Shown here one piece after another: positions 29,800-40,546 of a stretch of 64,000 bases of DNA. Position 1 is the stretch's first letter. Every line of letters begins with the position of its first letter. The DNA comes from Planctomycetota bacterium (GTDB lineage Bacteria; Planctomycetota; UBA1135; UBA2386), in contig JBKAGP010000001.1 in the NCBI GenBank assembly GCA_046290465.1, forward strand, positions 4,256,001-4,320,000. Direction: 5' to 3'. The notes beneath the pieces are model-generated. The model searched no databases, was not told where the DNA came from, and saw nothing but the letters and a program-made list of their open reading frames with translations. A program made the position numbers and the translations under genes.

Positions 29800-32189
29800 G
29801 CGGCACCGATCCCAACGGCAAGCACTTCGGCAGGAGGGGCGACCCGACCAGCCCGTTCCAGCCGAGCGGCGCCGACGACGGTGGCCCGCCGGGAGGCACG
29901 CTGCCCAACGACCTGCCCAAGCTGCCCGGCATCACGCTGCAGTATGAGATCGCGCGCGGTGGCATGGGCGTCGTCTACAGCGGTCGCCAGGACTTCCTGG
30001 ACCGCCGCGTCGCGGTCAAGTTCTTGTCGGTCGAGCTCGGCGGCGAGGCGTTCGCCAAGCGCTTCCAGCGCGAGGCCAAGATCCTCGCCGGCATCAGCCA
30101 CCCCAACATCGTCGGCTGCCACATGGCGGACACGACGCCGCAGGGGCAGTCGTATCTGGTGATGGAGTTCATCGACGGTCCCAGCCTGAAGGCGTGGATC
30201 GGCGACAACGGCCCGGTGGCGCCGATCGCGTCGCTGCGGCTGATCCGCGCGAGCGCGGCGGCGCTGGCGCACGCGCACCAGTCCGACATCATCCACCGCG
30301 ACGTCAAGCCGGAGAACATCCTGCTCGAGTCGGTGACGTCGACCGCGATCGACATCGCGTTCCCGTTCACGCCCAAGCTGGTCGACCTCGGCCTCGCGCG
30401 CATGACGCACGAACAGGTCGGTGCCGGGCTGACCTCGCCGGGCTCGGTGATGGGCACGCCGTCGACGATGTCGCCCGAGCAGTTCGACGACCCGGACTCG
30501 GTCGACTTCCGCTCCGACATCTACGGCCTCGGTTGCTGCCTCTACGAGATGCTGGTCGGCCACCCGGCGTTCCGCGGCAGCAAGCTGACCGACATCGTGC
30601 TGCGCAAGCGCGATCCTGACGCGCCGGATCCGTGTGCCGAGAACGCGTCGCTGCCGGCCGCGGTCGGCGCGTTCACCAAGCGGCTGCTGGCGAGCGCGCG
30701 CGAAGATCGGCCGGCGAGCTACAAGCAGCTGGACCAGGAGATCGGCGAGCTGATCGAGGCGCTGCAGAGCGCGGGTGGGCGGACCGACACGATCGCGGGC
30801 ATGGCCGGTGACGTGCTCGATCGGACCGTGCCGTCGAAGCCCGGTGCGTTCGGTGGCGCGACGCCGGCGCAGCCGACCCAGCCGGCGCCGCCCGCCAAGG
30901 GCGGCAAGACCGCGCCCGGAATGCTCAACACCGGCGAGCTCGACTTCCTCAGCGAAGGCGTGCCGCCGGTCGACGCCGCGCCCGCGTTCCAGGAGGCGCC
31001 CGGCGGCGGTGGGACCGGCGGAGAACGACCCGGCGGTCGCACCGTGGTCACGCAGGGCTCGTCGGACACCAGCGCCACCCAGCCGGACGGTCCGGCCGGC
31101 GGCGGCAAGAACGGCCTGATCGCGGTCGTCGCCGTGCTGTTGCTGGTCGGCGGTGGTGTCGGGGCGTTCTTCGCGATGAACGGCGGCGGGGAGGATCCGG
31201 ACGTCGGCGGCGGCCAGACAGGAGGGACCCAGATCGGCGGCACCCAGACCGGCGGGGCCCAGGGCAACGTGCCCAACGCGCGTCCGGTCGTCACGATCGC
31301 GCAGGCGCCGGACACGGTCGCCATCGGCGAGCGGTTCACCATCGAGCTGGAGGCCAGGGATGCCGACGGCGACGATCTCGATTACGAGTGGATCTGGCCG
31401 ACCGACGTGATCGTGGCGGCCTCGACGACCAGCGGGCCGACGGTCCGATTCGCCCTGGACGACGGTCTGCCGGGCGTCGAGATGACGATCTCGGCGCGGG
31501 TGACGGACGGTCGTTCGGAGGAGCCGGTCGTGATCGACCACCGATTCGTCGTCGGCGACGGTCCGGTCAGCAAGCCGCTGCAGACGTTCAAGAGCGACAG
31601 TTCGTACGTGCACCGCGGCTCGTGGACGCCGGCCAACCAGGATCCCTACGACCTGTTCGTGGTCGGGCGGGTGCGCAACGGACCGGCGACGCTGCAGAAG
31701 AAGGTCGGTGAGGAGCCCTATTGGGAGTGGATGGGCACGCTCGAGCCGACCGAGGAGGAGGGCGTCGACACCTGCGTCGGGCTGTTCGCCGTGACGTTCG
31801 GCGACGAGGGCCTGGCGGTGCGCGCGACGCGCAACATCAAGACCCGCGCCTGGAAGAACGAACTGCTCGACCGCGTGCCCGGCCAGGACCAGTGGACGTC
31901 ACGCGTGCAGCCGATCGTGCGCGAGTGGACCGAGCCCGAGCGCACCGACAACCGTTCGGAGGCCTGGTGCTCGATCCGCCGCGAGCGCAGCCGGCTGATC
32001 GTGCAGATCGGCGAGATGGTGCGCCCGCCGGCGATCCGCGGCAACAAGCCGCCGGAACCGACCATCGTGAAGGTCGAGCCACTGGTGATCGACCTGACCG
32101 ACGCCCAGGTCGAGGCCCTCGACTCCACCGGCCAGATCACCCTCCTGGTCCCCGAGTGGCGCTGCGTCTACCGCCTCGACCACCGCTAA
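29796..32189 (+). CDS. membrane Ser/Thr protein kinase with extracytoplasmic domain
   Basis: IARGGMGVVY, VAVKFL, HRDVKPEN, DLGLAR, GTPSTMSPEQ; TM LIAVVAVLLLVGGGVGAFF; GTGA overlap with the upstream gene. Confidence 0.93.
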   Translation: MSGTDPNGKHFGRRGDPTSPFQPSGADDGGPPGGTLPNDLPKLPGITLQYEIARGGMGVVYSGRQDFLDRRVAVKFLSVELGGEAFAKRFQREAKILAGISHPNIVGCHMADTTPQGQSYLVMEFIDGPSLKAWIGDNGPVAPIASLRLIRASAAALAHAHQSDIIHRDVKPENILLESVTSTAIDIAFPFTPKLVDLGLARMTHEQVGAGLTSPGSVMGTPSTMSPEQFDDPDSVDFRSDIYGLGCCLYEMLVGHPAFRGSKLTDIVLRKRDPDAPDPCAENASLPAAVGAFTKRLLASAREDRPASYKQLDQEIGELIEALQSAGGRTDTIAGMAGDVLDRTVPSKPGAFGGATPAQPTQPAPPAKGGKTAPGMLNTGELDFLSEGVPPVDAAPAFQEAPGGGGTGGERPGGRTVVTQGSSDTSATQPDGPAGGGKNGLIAVVAVLLLVGGGVGAFFAMNGGGEDPDVGGGQTGGTQIGGTQTGGAQGNVPNARPVVTIAQAPDTVAIGERFTIELEARDADGDDLDYEWIWPTDVIVAASTTSGPTVRFALDDGLPGVEMTISARVTDGRSEEPVVIDHRFVVGDGPVSKPLQTFKSDSSYVHRGSWTPANQDPYDLFVVGRVRNGPATLQKKVGEEPYWEWMGTLEPTEEEGVDTCVGLFAVTFGDEGLAVRATRNIKTRAWKNELLDRVPGQDQWTSRVQPIVREWTEPERTDNRSEAWCSIRRERSRLIVQIGEMVRPPAIRGNKPPEPTIVKVEPLVIDLTDAQVEALDSTGQITLLVPEWRCVYRLDHR

Positions 32190-32205
32190 GTAGCCGTACG
32201 GCTAC

Positions 32206-33033
32206 TCAGAAGGTCCAGTTGACGCCGAGGGAGAACCAGATGGGGTCGTCGTTGGGGGTGCCGACGTCGTTGAACCAGCGGTCGAGCGTGCTGTTCATCA
32301 TCGACGAGCCGTGCACGCCGCCGGTGATCACGGTGCGCGCGTCGTACTGCCACTGCACCTCGATCTTGCCGCGCAGGTCGCCGAGGCCGCTCTCGTCGAG
32401 GTCGTAGAGCCAGTTGGACTGCGCCGACGTCACGTAGCCGAGCGAACCGTCGGCGACGATGCCCCACTCGTCGTTGATCGGGAACGTCTCGGTGATGCCG
32501 ACGCGGTAGTAGGCGGCGCGCACCTCGTCGAAGTCGTAGTGCCACGAGAAGTACGGCGTGGTCTCGAGCACGTTCGCGCTGACCCGCACGAAGAACTCGT
32601 TGGTGCCGCCGCGTTCTTCGCCGGGGCCGCCCTGGCCGTCGGTCGAGAACTCGAGGCCGTTGGGCAGGTTGTAGTTGAAGACCCCCGCGGTCACCGTGAA
32701 CGTCTCGTTGAGGCGCGACGTGTAGCTGCCGACGAAGTCGATCTCGGAGAACCGGCCGCCGTGCCCACGCGGAAACCACGCGTCGCCGTTGTCGTCGTTG
32801 AGGTCCATGTTGCCGCGCGCGACGAGCGTGATCGAGTCGTCGGTGACCGTCGGCAGGCTCACGGCTAGACGGGGTTGGAACACGCCGTTCTCGGACTGGA
32901 TCATGCCGCGGTGCACGAACTTGCTGGCGAACGTGCCGCCGATCGACACGCCGGGGCGTGCGTCCTCGGGCACGATGCAGCCGGTGGCGGTGAAGCTGAT
33001 GACACAGAGCAGTCCGACAACACGGCGATTCAT
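32206..33033 (-). CDS. putative outer-membrane beta-barrel lipoprotein
   Basis: lipobox ATGC; SKFVHRG...FQP, SEIDF; amphipathic strands; terminal LGVNWTF beta-signal. Confidence 0.7.
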   Translation of the reverse strand: MNRRVVGLLCVISFTATGCIVPEDARPGVSIGGTFASKFVHRGMIQSENGVFQPRLAVSLPTVTDDSITLVARGNMDLNDDNGDAWFPRGHGGRFSEIDFVGSYTSRLNETFTVTAGVFNYNLPNGLEFSTDGQGGPGEERGGTNEFFVRVSANVLETTPYFSWHYDFDEVRAAYYRVGITETFPINDEWGIVADGSLGYVTSAQSNWLYDLDESGLGDLRGKIEVQWQYDARTVITGGVHGSSMMNSTLDRWFNDVGTPNDDPIWFSLGVNWTF

Positions 33034-33148
33034 GCGTACTCCTGTAGCTGACGAGGCGCGGGTTCCGATGGCGGGGGAGTGTCGTGGCGGCCCGCCGGCA
33101 TTTCAACGCTGCTGGACCGGCCACCACGCCCTCCGACCCCGCATCTCG

Positions 33149-33913
33149 GTGCCGATCCGCGCCCCGCTGCTCGCCTTGTTGGTCGTGACGATGCTGTCCG
33201 GCTGCGTGCCGGTCGGCTTCACCGGGCAGGTCGGCTACGCGCGCATGAAGGTCGGCGGCGACCTCGCGCTCGACAACGGCGGCGGCTCGTCGCCGGCGAT
33301 CGAACAGGGCGTCGACTCGGCGTTCGGGCTCGGCGACAGCCAGGGCTCCCCGTACTTCCGCGGCCAGCTCGACCTCGGCGGACCGGTGTTCTCCGGTTCG
33401 ATCTTCTGGCTGCGCGACGAAGGCCAGGGCCAGCTGCAGGACGCGTTCGGCGGCCTGCCGGCCGGGACCGCGGTGGCGGGGCGCCTCGACCTGGGCGTCG
33501 CCAAGTTGAGCGCCGTCTACGACCTCGACCTCGGGCCGTTGAAGGTCTCGCCCGGCGTGCTGTTCGACGTGTTCGCGCTCGACTTCTCGGCGCGCGAACT
33601 GACCCTCGGCAGCCGCGAGGAGATCGACGACGTGGTGTTCGTGCCGATGCCGTTCGTGCGCGCCGAGGCCGGGCTCGGTCCGGTCACGGCGGTCGGCGAG
33701 GTCGGCTACCTCGAGGTCTCGAGCCTCGGGGACAACGAGGGACGTTTCCTCGACTTCGAGGCGATGCTCGAGATCCACCCGCTGCCGCTCGGTCACGTTT
33801 TCGTCGGCTATCGATACCTTGGAATCGATGGCAGCGGCGATACCGGCGACGAAGCGTTCGCCACGGACCTGCAGATCCAGGGTTGGGTGGTCGGCGGTGG
33901 GATACGCTTCTAG
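33149..33913 (+). CDS. putative outer-membrane beta-barrel lipoprotein
   Basis: lipobox LSGC; VPMPF; GYRYL; terminal GGIRF; start uncertain. Confidence 0.7.
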   Translation: MPIRAPLLALLVVTMLSGCVPVGFTGQVGYARMKVGGDLALDNGGGSSPAIEQGVDSAFGLGDSQGSPYFRGQLDLGGPVFSGSIFWLRDEGQGQLQDAFGGLPAGTAVAGRLDLGVAKLSAVYDLDLGPLKVSPGVLFDVFALDFSARELTLGSREEIDDVVFVPMPFVRAEAGLGPVTAVGEVGYLEVSSLGDNEGRFLDFEAMLEIHPLPLGHVFVGYRYLGIDGSGDTGDEAFATDLQIQGWVVGGGIRF

Positions 33914-33961
33914 CCGTTGTGCGACTGGCGAATCCACGCCGGTCCAGCCATGCTGCCCACC

Positions 33962-34714
33962 ATGAAGTTGCGGAACGTTCTGCTCCTCGCCCTGCCCCTC
34001 GCCTTCGCCGCCTGCGCCGGCCAGACCTACAAGGTCCAGGTCGGCCCGACGTTCGCGCGCGCCCGCGGCGAGATCGCGCTCGCCAACAGCTCGGGCTTCC
34101 TGCCGCCGGCCAACAGCATCGACGGCAACCTCGGCCTCGGCGAGTCGGAGGCCTCGCCATACATCCAGGCGCAGACCGACATCGGCCGCCACCGCGTCCG
34201 CATCAACGGCTTCTACATCGACACCGAGGGCACCGCGGTGCTCAACAACGCCTACGGCAACATCGTCGCGGGCACGCAGGTGCGCACGTCGATGGACTTC
34301 TTCGCGATCGTCTCCAACTACAGCTACGAGCTGCTGCGCAAGGAGCACTACCGCCTCGGCGTCGGTGGCCAACTTGGCTACTACTCGCTCGACGTCGCGG
34401 CGCGCTCGACCGGCGGACGCGAGGAGATCGTGACCGACGTGCTCGTGCCGATGCCCTACGTCGAGGCCGAGGCGTTTTACGGCGACTTCACGTTCGGTGC
34501 GGCGGCCGGGATCATGGCCGCCGACCTCGGCGACGCGAACGGCCGCTACTGGGACCTCGAGGTCTACACCAACTGGCAGGTCGACGACGCCTGGGACGTG
34601 CGCGGCGGCTATCGCTACCTGCTGCTCGACGGCTACGGCCGCGCGTCGTCCCGCGACTTCGACGCCGACGTCGACGTGCAGGGTCTCTACATCAGCGCCG
34701 GCGTGCGCTTCTGA
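33962..34714 (+). CDS. putative outer-membrane beta-barrel lipoprotein, paralog of the upstream gene
   Basis: lipobox FAAC; shared SPY, VPMPY, GR..D.E, GYRYL; terminal AGVRF. Confidence 0.75.
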   Translation: MKLRNVLLLALPLAFAACAGQTYKVQVGPTFARARGEIALANSSGFLPPANSIDGNLGLGESEASPYIQAQTDIGRHRVRINGFYIDTEGTAVLNNAYGNIVAGTQVRTSMDFFAIVSNYSYELLRKEHYRLGVGGQLGYYSLDVAARSTGGREEIVTDVLVPMPYVEAEAFYGDFTFGAAAGIMAADLGDANGRYWDLEVYTNWQVDDAWDVRGGYRYLLLDGYGRASSRDFDADVDVQGLYISAGVRF

Positions 34715-35999
34715 TCGCCCGCTCTGCGGCGTCGAACAGCCGCTGCTCCCAGTCGCGCGCCGACCGCTTCGGTCCGAACGCCGCGACGTCCTCGATGCGC
34801 AGCCGCACCGAGACGTCCGGCACCACGCCTTCGTCCTGGAAGCCGACGCCGGTGCGGTCGACCAGCCGGGTCTCGCTGTATTCGAGCACCCCACCCTCGG
34901 GACCGTAGACGCGCTCGATGCCCGCCTCCGCGCCGGCCGTGCGCTCACCGATGACGATCGCGCCGCAGTCGCGCTGGAGGATGCGGGCGGCGTGTTCGGC
35001 CATGCTGGCGGTCATCGAGCTGGTCAGGATCACCAGCGGCTTGTCGTAGCGCTTGCCGCGCGGCGCGAACTGCACCAGCAGGAACAGCTCGACCGAGAAC
35101 GGCCAGATCGTCGTGACCTGTTCCTGCGCGGTCACGAACACCAGGTCGGTCGCCTCGGGCAGGAAGCGGCCGACGATCTGCCGGCCGACCTCGAGGTTGC
35201 CGCCGTAGTTGCGCCGCAGATCCAGCACCAGGCCGTCCTTCTCCATGGCCTGGTCGATCCACGCATCGACCGCGCCGAGCGCTTCGCCGAGCAGGACCTG
35301 GTTCATCGTGTGCAGCCGCAGCACGCCGTAGTCGCGATCGCCGTCGTATTCGGCCAGCTGCTGCTGCGGCCGCGCCAGGTGCGCGAGCCAAGAGCCGCGC
35401 GCGACCACGCCGGCCTCGGGCCGCGCGACGACGTGCCGCGTGACGACCTCGTCGTTCCAGCGCAGCTGCAGTTCCACCGGGGACCCGGGTGGCCCGATCA
35501 TCAGGTTGCCGAGCAGCGACGAGACGATCTTGGAGCCGTTGACGCGCCACAGCTGCGGAAAGCGCGCGTGGTGCGGCAGGTCCTCGGGCGGCTCCGGCGC
35601 CTCGCCGCCCGGCCAGCCGACGACGTAGACCCTGCCCTCGACGACCATCAGGTCGAAGCCCGGCCGGTCGAGCAGCGACGTCGGCTGCACGCCGTCCTCT
35701 ACCCAACCGTCCTCGGGCGGCGTGTAGGAGATGTGCGGGTCGTTCAGCTCACTGAACATGCCGCTGAGCAGGTGGAAGAACTCGTGCGGCCGCTGCGCGA
35801 ACGGCACCGCCGCCCGGTACTGCCGCCGCACCTCCTTCCAGTCGAGCAGGTCCTTGCCGAAGAACGGATAGTTGTCGGCCAGCTGCTCCCAATAGAAGTC
35901 GAACGCGGCCACCCGCTCGGAGTCGGCACTGGTCAGCGGATCGAAGCCGGCGCAGGCCCCGAGGAACAGCGCTGCCAGACAAGCGGAGCGTCGGATCAC
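34692..35999 (-). CDS. S41 family peptidase lipoprotein
   Basis: lipobox LGAC; LNDPH, LVLDLRRNYGG, TASMAE, IGERTAG, GVVPD; 3' end overlaps the convergent gene by 23 nt. Confidence 0.88.
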   Translation of the reverse strand: MIRRSACLAALFLGACAGFDPLTSADSERVAAFDFYWEQLADNYPFFGKDLLDWKEVRRQYRAAVPFAQRPHEFFHLLSGMFSELNDPHISYTPPEDGWVEDGVQPTSLLDRPGFDLMVVEGRVYVVGWPGGEAPEPPEDLPHHARFPQLWRVNGSKIVSSLLGNLMIGPPGSPVELQLRWNDEVVTRHVVARPEAGVVARGSWLAHLARPQQQLAEYDGDRDYGVLRLHTMNQVLLGEALGAVDAWIDQAMEKDGLVLDLRRNYGGNLEVGRQIVGRFLPEATDLVFVTAQEQVTTIWPFSVELFLLVQFAPRGKRYDKPLVILTSSMTASMAEHAARILQRDCGAIVIGERTAGAEAGIERVYGPEGGVLEYSETRLVDRTGVGFQDEGVVPDVSVRLRIEDVAAFGPKRSARDWEQRLFDAAERAIRSARRR

Positions 36000-36056
36000 C
36001 ACCTCACGCTCCCAAGACCCCCCGCCACCGTCAACCCGCACCCACCCCCCCAAACC

Positions 36057-36105
36057 GAACCCGGTTCCGTATGCGCCCCCAAGCGCCGCATACTGAACCG
36101 GGTTC
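36057..36105. repeat. 19-bp inverted repeat (1 mismatch) with 11-nt loop
   Basis: GAACCCGGTTCCGTATGCG / CGCATACTGAACCGGGTTC in the intergenic region. Confidence 0.85.
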
Positions 36106-36278
36106 AAGTTGCGCCATTTCACCGACTGGGCGCAGCAGGGGCGCAGCGTCGGACTCGGTGTTGGGGCGTCAGCGTCGAGGAGCCGGCGTAAAGGCGCCGA
36201 CAAGGCATCGGCGTCAGGCCCGGCACCAGCACCGCCCCCGCACCAGCACCGCCCCGTGCTGCCCCCTGCCCGCTACCG

Positions 36279-37250
36279 CTAGCGCTGGAACGCCAGGTGG
36301 CCGAGGTGGGCGCGGCCCGCCTCCGACGTCGCGAAGTCGAAGAACTCGAGCGCGACCCGGTCCGGCATGCCCGACGTGACCAGCTGCAGCGGCACGCCGT
36401 AGGGGTAGGTGCCGTAACCGAACGCGGCGGCGCACGGCGGCGTCCAGTTGATGTCGACCAGCTTCTGGCCCGGCTCGCGCGGGCCGTCCGTCAGCCTCAC
36501 CAGCCCGATCGCGCCGCGGTGCTGCAGGATCTGGTCGGCGACGTGCCGTTCGCTCGCCACGCGCACGCAGGTCGAGGCGAACTTGTCGCCCGGGATCAGC
36601 ACCTTCGCCGCCCGATCGAGCAGGCTCCGGTCGGTCGGCACGACCGCGACGATCGGGTTGGCCTCGAAGCCGAGCTGCTGCCAGTCGTTGACCTGGCCGG
36701 TGAAGATCTGCCGGATCTGGTCCGGCGTCAGCGAACGCACCGGCGACGTCGGCGACACCGTCAGGGCGAACAGCTCGACCCCGATCTGCGTCTGCCGCAG
36801 GCCGGCGTGGATCTCGCGCTGCGACAGCGTGCCGCCGATCAGCCCGAAGTCGGCGCGCCCGATCATCAGCAGCTCGACGGCCTCGCGATCGGTGCAGTCG
36901 ACGTGCCGCACCTTGCGGCCTTCCAGGGTCTGCTGGTAGGCGCCCTCGAACGCGTCGTCAAACGACTCCTGCGCGTTGCGCCCGACCACGACCACCATCG
37001 ACTCGGACTCGGGCACCAGCGCGCGCTGGGCCGAACCGGTCTCGACCATCGGCGCTGCCGCCGGCTCCAGGCCGAAGATGTGCCCGGTCGCCGGCCGGAT
37101 CGTCGCGTATTGCGGCCGGATCACCGGCGGCGGGTCCGTCAGCGCCAGGGCGCGCGGATCCGGGTCCGGCATGTCGCAGGCGCCCGCGGTCAGGGCGATG
37201 CCAGCCAGGGCCAATCCACGCCGAACGTCAGCTGTTGAGTTTCTGTGCAA
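36279..37250 (-). CDS. PstS-like (PBP_like_2) substrate-binding lipoprotein
   Basis: SD GAGGTG plus TTG start; lipobox AGAC; LTPDQIRQIFTGQVNDWQQLG, GTYP, FFDFATS. Confidence 0.78.
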   Translation of the reverse strand: MHRNSTADVRRGLALAGIALTAGACDMPDPDPRALALTDPPPVIRPQYATIRPATGHIFGLEPAAAPMVETGSAQRALVPESESMVVVVGRNAQESFDDAFEGAYQQTLEGRKVRHVDCTDREAVELLMIGRADFGLIGGTLSQREIHAGLRQTQIGVELFALTVSPTSPVRSLTPDQIRQIFTGQVNDWQQLGFEANPIVAVVPTDRSLLDRAAKVLIPGDKFASTCVRVASERHVADQILQHRGAIGLVRLTDGPREPGQKLVDINWTPPCAAAFGYGTYPYGVPLQLVTSGMPDRVALEFFDFATSEAGRAHLGHLAFQR

Positions 37251-37440
37251 ATCCCACCTCCCGGTGCCGGGGTATCGGGCGGAACGCGGGGCAGGTGTTG
37301 CAAGACGCGACGGTCGGGCCTTCGTAAGCCCATTGGGAAGGGTCGATTGCGCGTGAGACAATCGAGTCGCGGCGCTCAAGAGCGGCTGGCACGAGCGGCG
37401 CCTGTCGACCCAGATCCCCTCCTGCGATCGACTTGGTCAA

Positions 37441-37465
37441 ATTGGCACGATTGATCGTGGCCAAT
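37441..37465. promoter_or_regulatory. candidate MocR/PdxR operator (inverted repeat)
   Basis: ATTGGCACGAT-TG-ATCGTGGCCAAT directly upstream of the MocR gene; an extra TTGG half-site at 37433. Confidence 0.6.
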
Positions 37466-37487
37466 CCTCGGCTACACCTTCCGTCCC

Positions 37488-38984
37488 GTGCCGAGCCTGC
37501 TTCCCGAACTCCATCCCGCCAGCGCGACCGCGATGTCGGAACAGATCGCCCGCTTCTACGAGCGCGCGATCGAGGACGGTCGTGTGCTCGTCGGCGACCG
37601 CCTGCCGCCGATCCGCGAGGTCGCGTCGACCTGCCAGGTCACCCGCGCCACCGTGCAGGAGGCCTACCGGCGGCTCGCCGATCGCGGCCTCGTCGAAGGA
37701 ACGGTCGGTCGCGGCACCGTCGTGCTCGCGACTCCGACGAACAGCGATGCGCCCGCGGCGGGTCCCGGCCGCCTGCTGAGCCCGTATGCCGAGGCCGCGC
37801 TGCGGCGGACGCGCATCATGGCCGGCGCGCCGGCCCTGCCCGCAGCGCAGACCCTGGTCGCCAACTTCGCCGAGCTGCAGCCCGACGAGGCCCAGTTCCC
37901 GATCGCGGCCTGGCGCGAGGCGATGGACGCCGTGCTCGAACAGCACGGCCGCGAACTGCTCGGCTACGGCCACTCGACGTTCGGTCTCGAGCAGCTGCGC
38001 GAACTGCTCGTGCGCCGTTCGCACGACAGCGACCCGGAGTTGACCAGCGACCAGCTGCTGGTGACCGCCGGCGCCCAGCAGGCGCTCGACCTCGTGCTGC
38101 GCACGGTCTGCACCGCCGGCGACACCGTCGTCGTCACGCAACCGTCCTACCACCACATGCACGGCCTGCTGCGCGCGCACGGCCTGCAGGTCGTGCAGGT
38201 GCCGTTCGGGCCCGACGGGCTCGACCGCGCGCAGCTGCAGCGGGTGCTGTCGCGGCCGTCGGTGCGGCTGTGCTACCTGATGCCGACGTTCCACAACCCG
38301 ACCGGCCGCACGCTCGACCTCGCGCAGCGTCGCGCGCTGATCGACGCGATCGGCGAGACCGACATCGTGCTGGTCGAGGACGAGTACCAGCACTCGCTGC
38401 GCTGCCGCGGCGACGCGCTGCCGACGCTGCGTTCGATGGACGCGCGCGGCCGCACGTTGACGGTGTCGACCGTCTCCAAGGACCTGTTCCCCGCGCTGCG
38501 CATCGGCTGGGTCGCCGGCGACCAGCAGCTGCTCGAGCCGATGGCTGCGGTGAAGCGCTTCATGGACCTCGAGACCAGCCCCTTGCTGCAGGCAGCGCTG
38601 GTCGAGTTCATGCAGCGCGGCAGCTTCGACCGGCACCTCGCCCAGCAGCGCAGCGAACTGTGCCGTCGCCACGAGGCGCTGCAGCGCGCCTGCGCGCAGC
38701 ATCTGCCCGAGGGCTGCCGCGTGACCGATCCCGACGGCGGCTTCGTCGCGTGGCTGGAGCTGCCCAACCCCGGTCACGGCGAACAGCTCGCCGAGCTCGC
38801 GGTCGAGCGCGGCGTGCGCGTAGTGCCGGGTCGCGCGTTCGACCTCGACGGTGCGCCGTCGCGCGGCGTTCGCCTGTCGCTGACGCGCGCCGACGTCGAC
38901 CAGATCCACCAGGGCGTGCGCGTGCTCGGCGAATGCGCGCGCGAACTGATGCAGCTGCAGGCCACGGCGCAGCCGTTCCTGTAA
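37488..38984 (+). CDS. GntR/MocR family PLP-binding transcriptional regulator, PdxR-like
   Basis: w[18 protein letters not shown] plus aminotransferase domain ([25 protein letters not shown]); precedes pdxST. Confidence 0.92.
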   Translation: MPSLLPELHPASATAMSEQIARFYERAIEDGRVLVGDRLPPIREVASTCQVTRATVQEAYRRLADRGLVEGTVGRGTVVLATPTNSDAPAAGPGRLLSPYAEAALRRTRIMAGAPALPAAQTLVANFAELQPDEAQFPIAAWREAMDAVLEQHGRELLGYGHSTFGLEQLRELLVRRSHDSDPELTSDQLLVTAGAQQALDLVLRTVCTAGDTVVVTQPSYHHMHGLLRAHGLQVVQVPFGPDGLDRAQLQRVLSRPSVRLCYLMPTFHNPTGRTLDLAQRRALIDAIGETDIVLVEDEYQHSLRCRGDALPTLRSMDARGRTLTVSTVSKDLFPALRIGWVAGDQQLLEPMAAVKRFMDLETSPLLQAALVEFMQRGSFDRHLAQQRSELCRRHEALQRACAQHLPEGCRVTDPDGGFVAWLELPNPGHGEQLAELAVERGVRVVPGRAFDLDGAPSRGVRLSLTRADVDQIHQGVRVLGECARELMQLQATAQPFL

Positions 38985-39012
38985 CTCCCGCTCACACCAC
39001 TCTCACAACGTC

Positions 39013-39930
39013 ATGACCGATAAGCACCCGATTCCCCACGTCCCCGGCTTCACGCAAGAAGAACTCGTCAGCAAGATCGGCTTCTGCGAGCAGCTCAAGG
39101 GCGGCGTCATCATGGACGTCGTCAACCCCGAGCAGGCGCAGATCGCCGAAGAGGCCGGCGCCTGCGCCGTGATGGCGCTCGAGCGCGTCCCGGCGGACAT
39201 CCGCAAGGACGGCGGCGTCGCGCGCGCCAGCGACCCGGACATGATCGCGGGCATCCAGAAGGCGGTCAGCATCCCGGTGATGGCCAAGGTGCGCATCGGC
39301 CACTTCGTCGAGGCGCAGATGCTCGAGTCGATGGAGGTCGACTGCATCGACGAGTCCGAGGTGCTGACCCCCGCGGACGAGGAGTTCCACGTCGCCAAGC
39401 GGCCGTTCAAGACGCCGTTCGTCTGCGGTTGCCGCGACCTCGGCGAAGCCCTGCGCCGCATCCACGAAGGCGCCGCGATGATCCGCACCAAGGGCGAGGC
39501 CGGCACCGGCAACGTCGTCGAGGCGGTGCGCCACATGCGCACGCTGATGAGCGGCATCCGCTCGCTGCGTGGCCTCGACGCGATGCAGATGGACAAGAAG
39601 GCCGCGGAGCTGCGCGTTCCGGTCGAGCTGGTCCAGTGGGTCGCCGAGAACCAGCGCCTGCCGGTCCCGAACTTCTCGGCCGGCGGCGTCGCCACGCCCG
39701 CCGATGCGTCGCTGATGATGCAGCTCGGCGCCGAAGCCGTGTTCGTCGGCTCGGGCATCTTCAAGTCGGGCGACCCGGTCAAGCGCGGCAAGGCGATCGT
39801 GCGCGCGGTGACGCACTACCAGGATCCGAGCGTGCTGGTCGAGGTCTCCAAGGGCCTCGGCGAGCCGATGGTCGGCATCAACATCGACACGCTGTCCGAA
39901 GACCAGCTGCTCGCCAGGCGTGGCATCTGA
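39013..39930 (+). CDS. pdxS: pyridoxal 5'-phosphate synthase lyase subunit
   Basis: [47 protein letters not shown]. Confidence 0.98.
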   Translation: MTDKHPIPHVPGFTQEELVSKIGFCEQLKGGVIMDVVNPEQAQIAEEAGACAVMALERVPADIRKDGGVARASDPDMIAGIQKAVSIPVMAKVRIGHFVEAQMLESMEVDCIDESEVLTPADEEFHVAKRPFKTPFVCGCRDLGEALRRIHEGAAMIRTKGEAGTGNVVEAVRHMRTLMSGIRSLRGLDAMQMDKKAAELRVPVELVQWVAENQRLPVPNFSAGGVATPADASLMMQLGAEAVFVGSGIFKSGDPVKRGKAIVRAVTHYQDPSVLVEVSKGLGEPMVGINIDTLSEDQLLARRGI

Positions 39931-40546
39931 TCTCGACAGCCCGGTCGCGCCGCTCGTCGGCGTGCTGGCCCTGCAGGGGGACTTCGCCGACCACCAGGCG
40001 TCGCTCCAGGCCTGTGGCCTGCGCACGCGCCAGGTGCGCACGCCGGCCCAGCTGCACGGCGTCGACGCGCTGGTGCTGCCCGGCGGCGAGAGCACGACGA
40101 TGCTCAAGCTGCTCGACGTCGAAGGCCTGTGGACCCCGCTCGGCGCGGCGCTGCGCAGCGGCCTGCCGGTGATGGCGACCTGCGCGGGCCTGATCCTGCT
40201 GTCGCAGCACGTCGAGAACCCGCAGCAGCGCAGCTACGGCCTGCTGCCGCTGACCGTCGTGCGCAACGGCTACGGCCGGCAGTACCACTCTGGCACGTTT
40301 GCGCTGACGCGGGAGAGCGACGAGCTGCCCGAGCGCCTCGAAGGAACGTTCATCCGCGCGCCGCGCGTGACCGCGGTGCACGGCGACTGCGAAGTGTTGG
40401 CGCGCCGCGACGGCGATCCGGTGCTGGTGCGCCGCGGGCCGATCCTGGCCGCGTGCTTCCACCCGGAGCTGAGCAGCCGCCACCCGGTGACGCGCCTGTT
40501 CGCCGACATGGTGTGCGGCCACGTCCGCGCCGCCGCCGAAGCGTGA
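39920..40546 (+). CDS. pdxT: PLP synthase glutaminase subunit
   Basis: [37 protein letters not shown]. Confidence 0.96.
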   Translation: MASDLDSPVAPLVGVLALQGDFADHQASLQACGLRTRQVRTPAQLHGVDALVLPGGESTTMLKLLDVEGLWTPLGAALRSGLPVMATCAGLILLSQHVENPQQRSYGLLPLTVVRNGYGRQYHSGTFALTRESDELPERLEGTFIRAPRVTAVHGDCEVLARRDGDPVLVRRGPILAACFHPELSSRHPVTRLFADMVCGHVRAAAEA

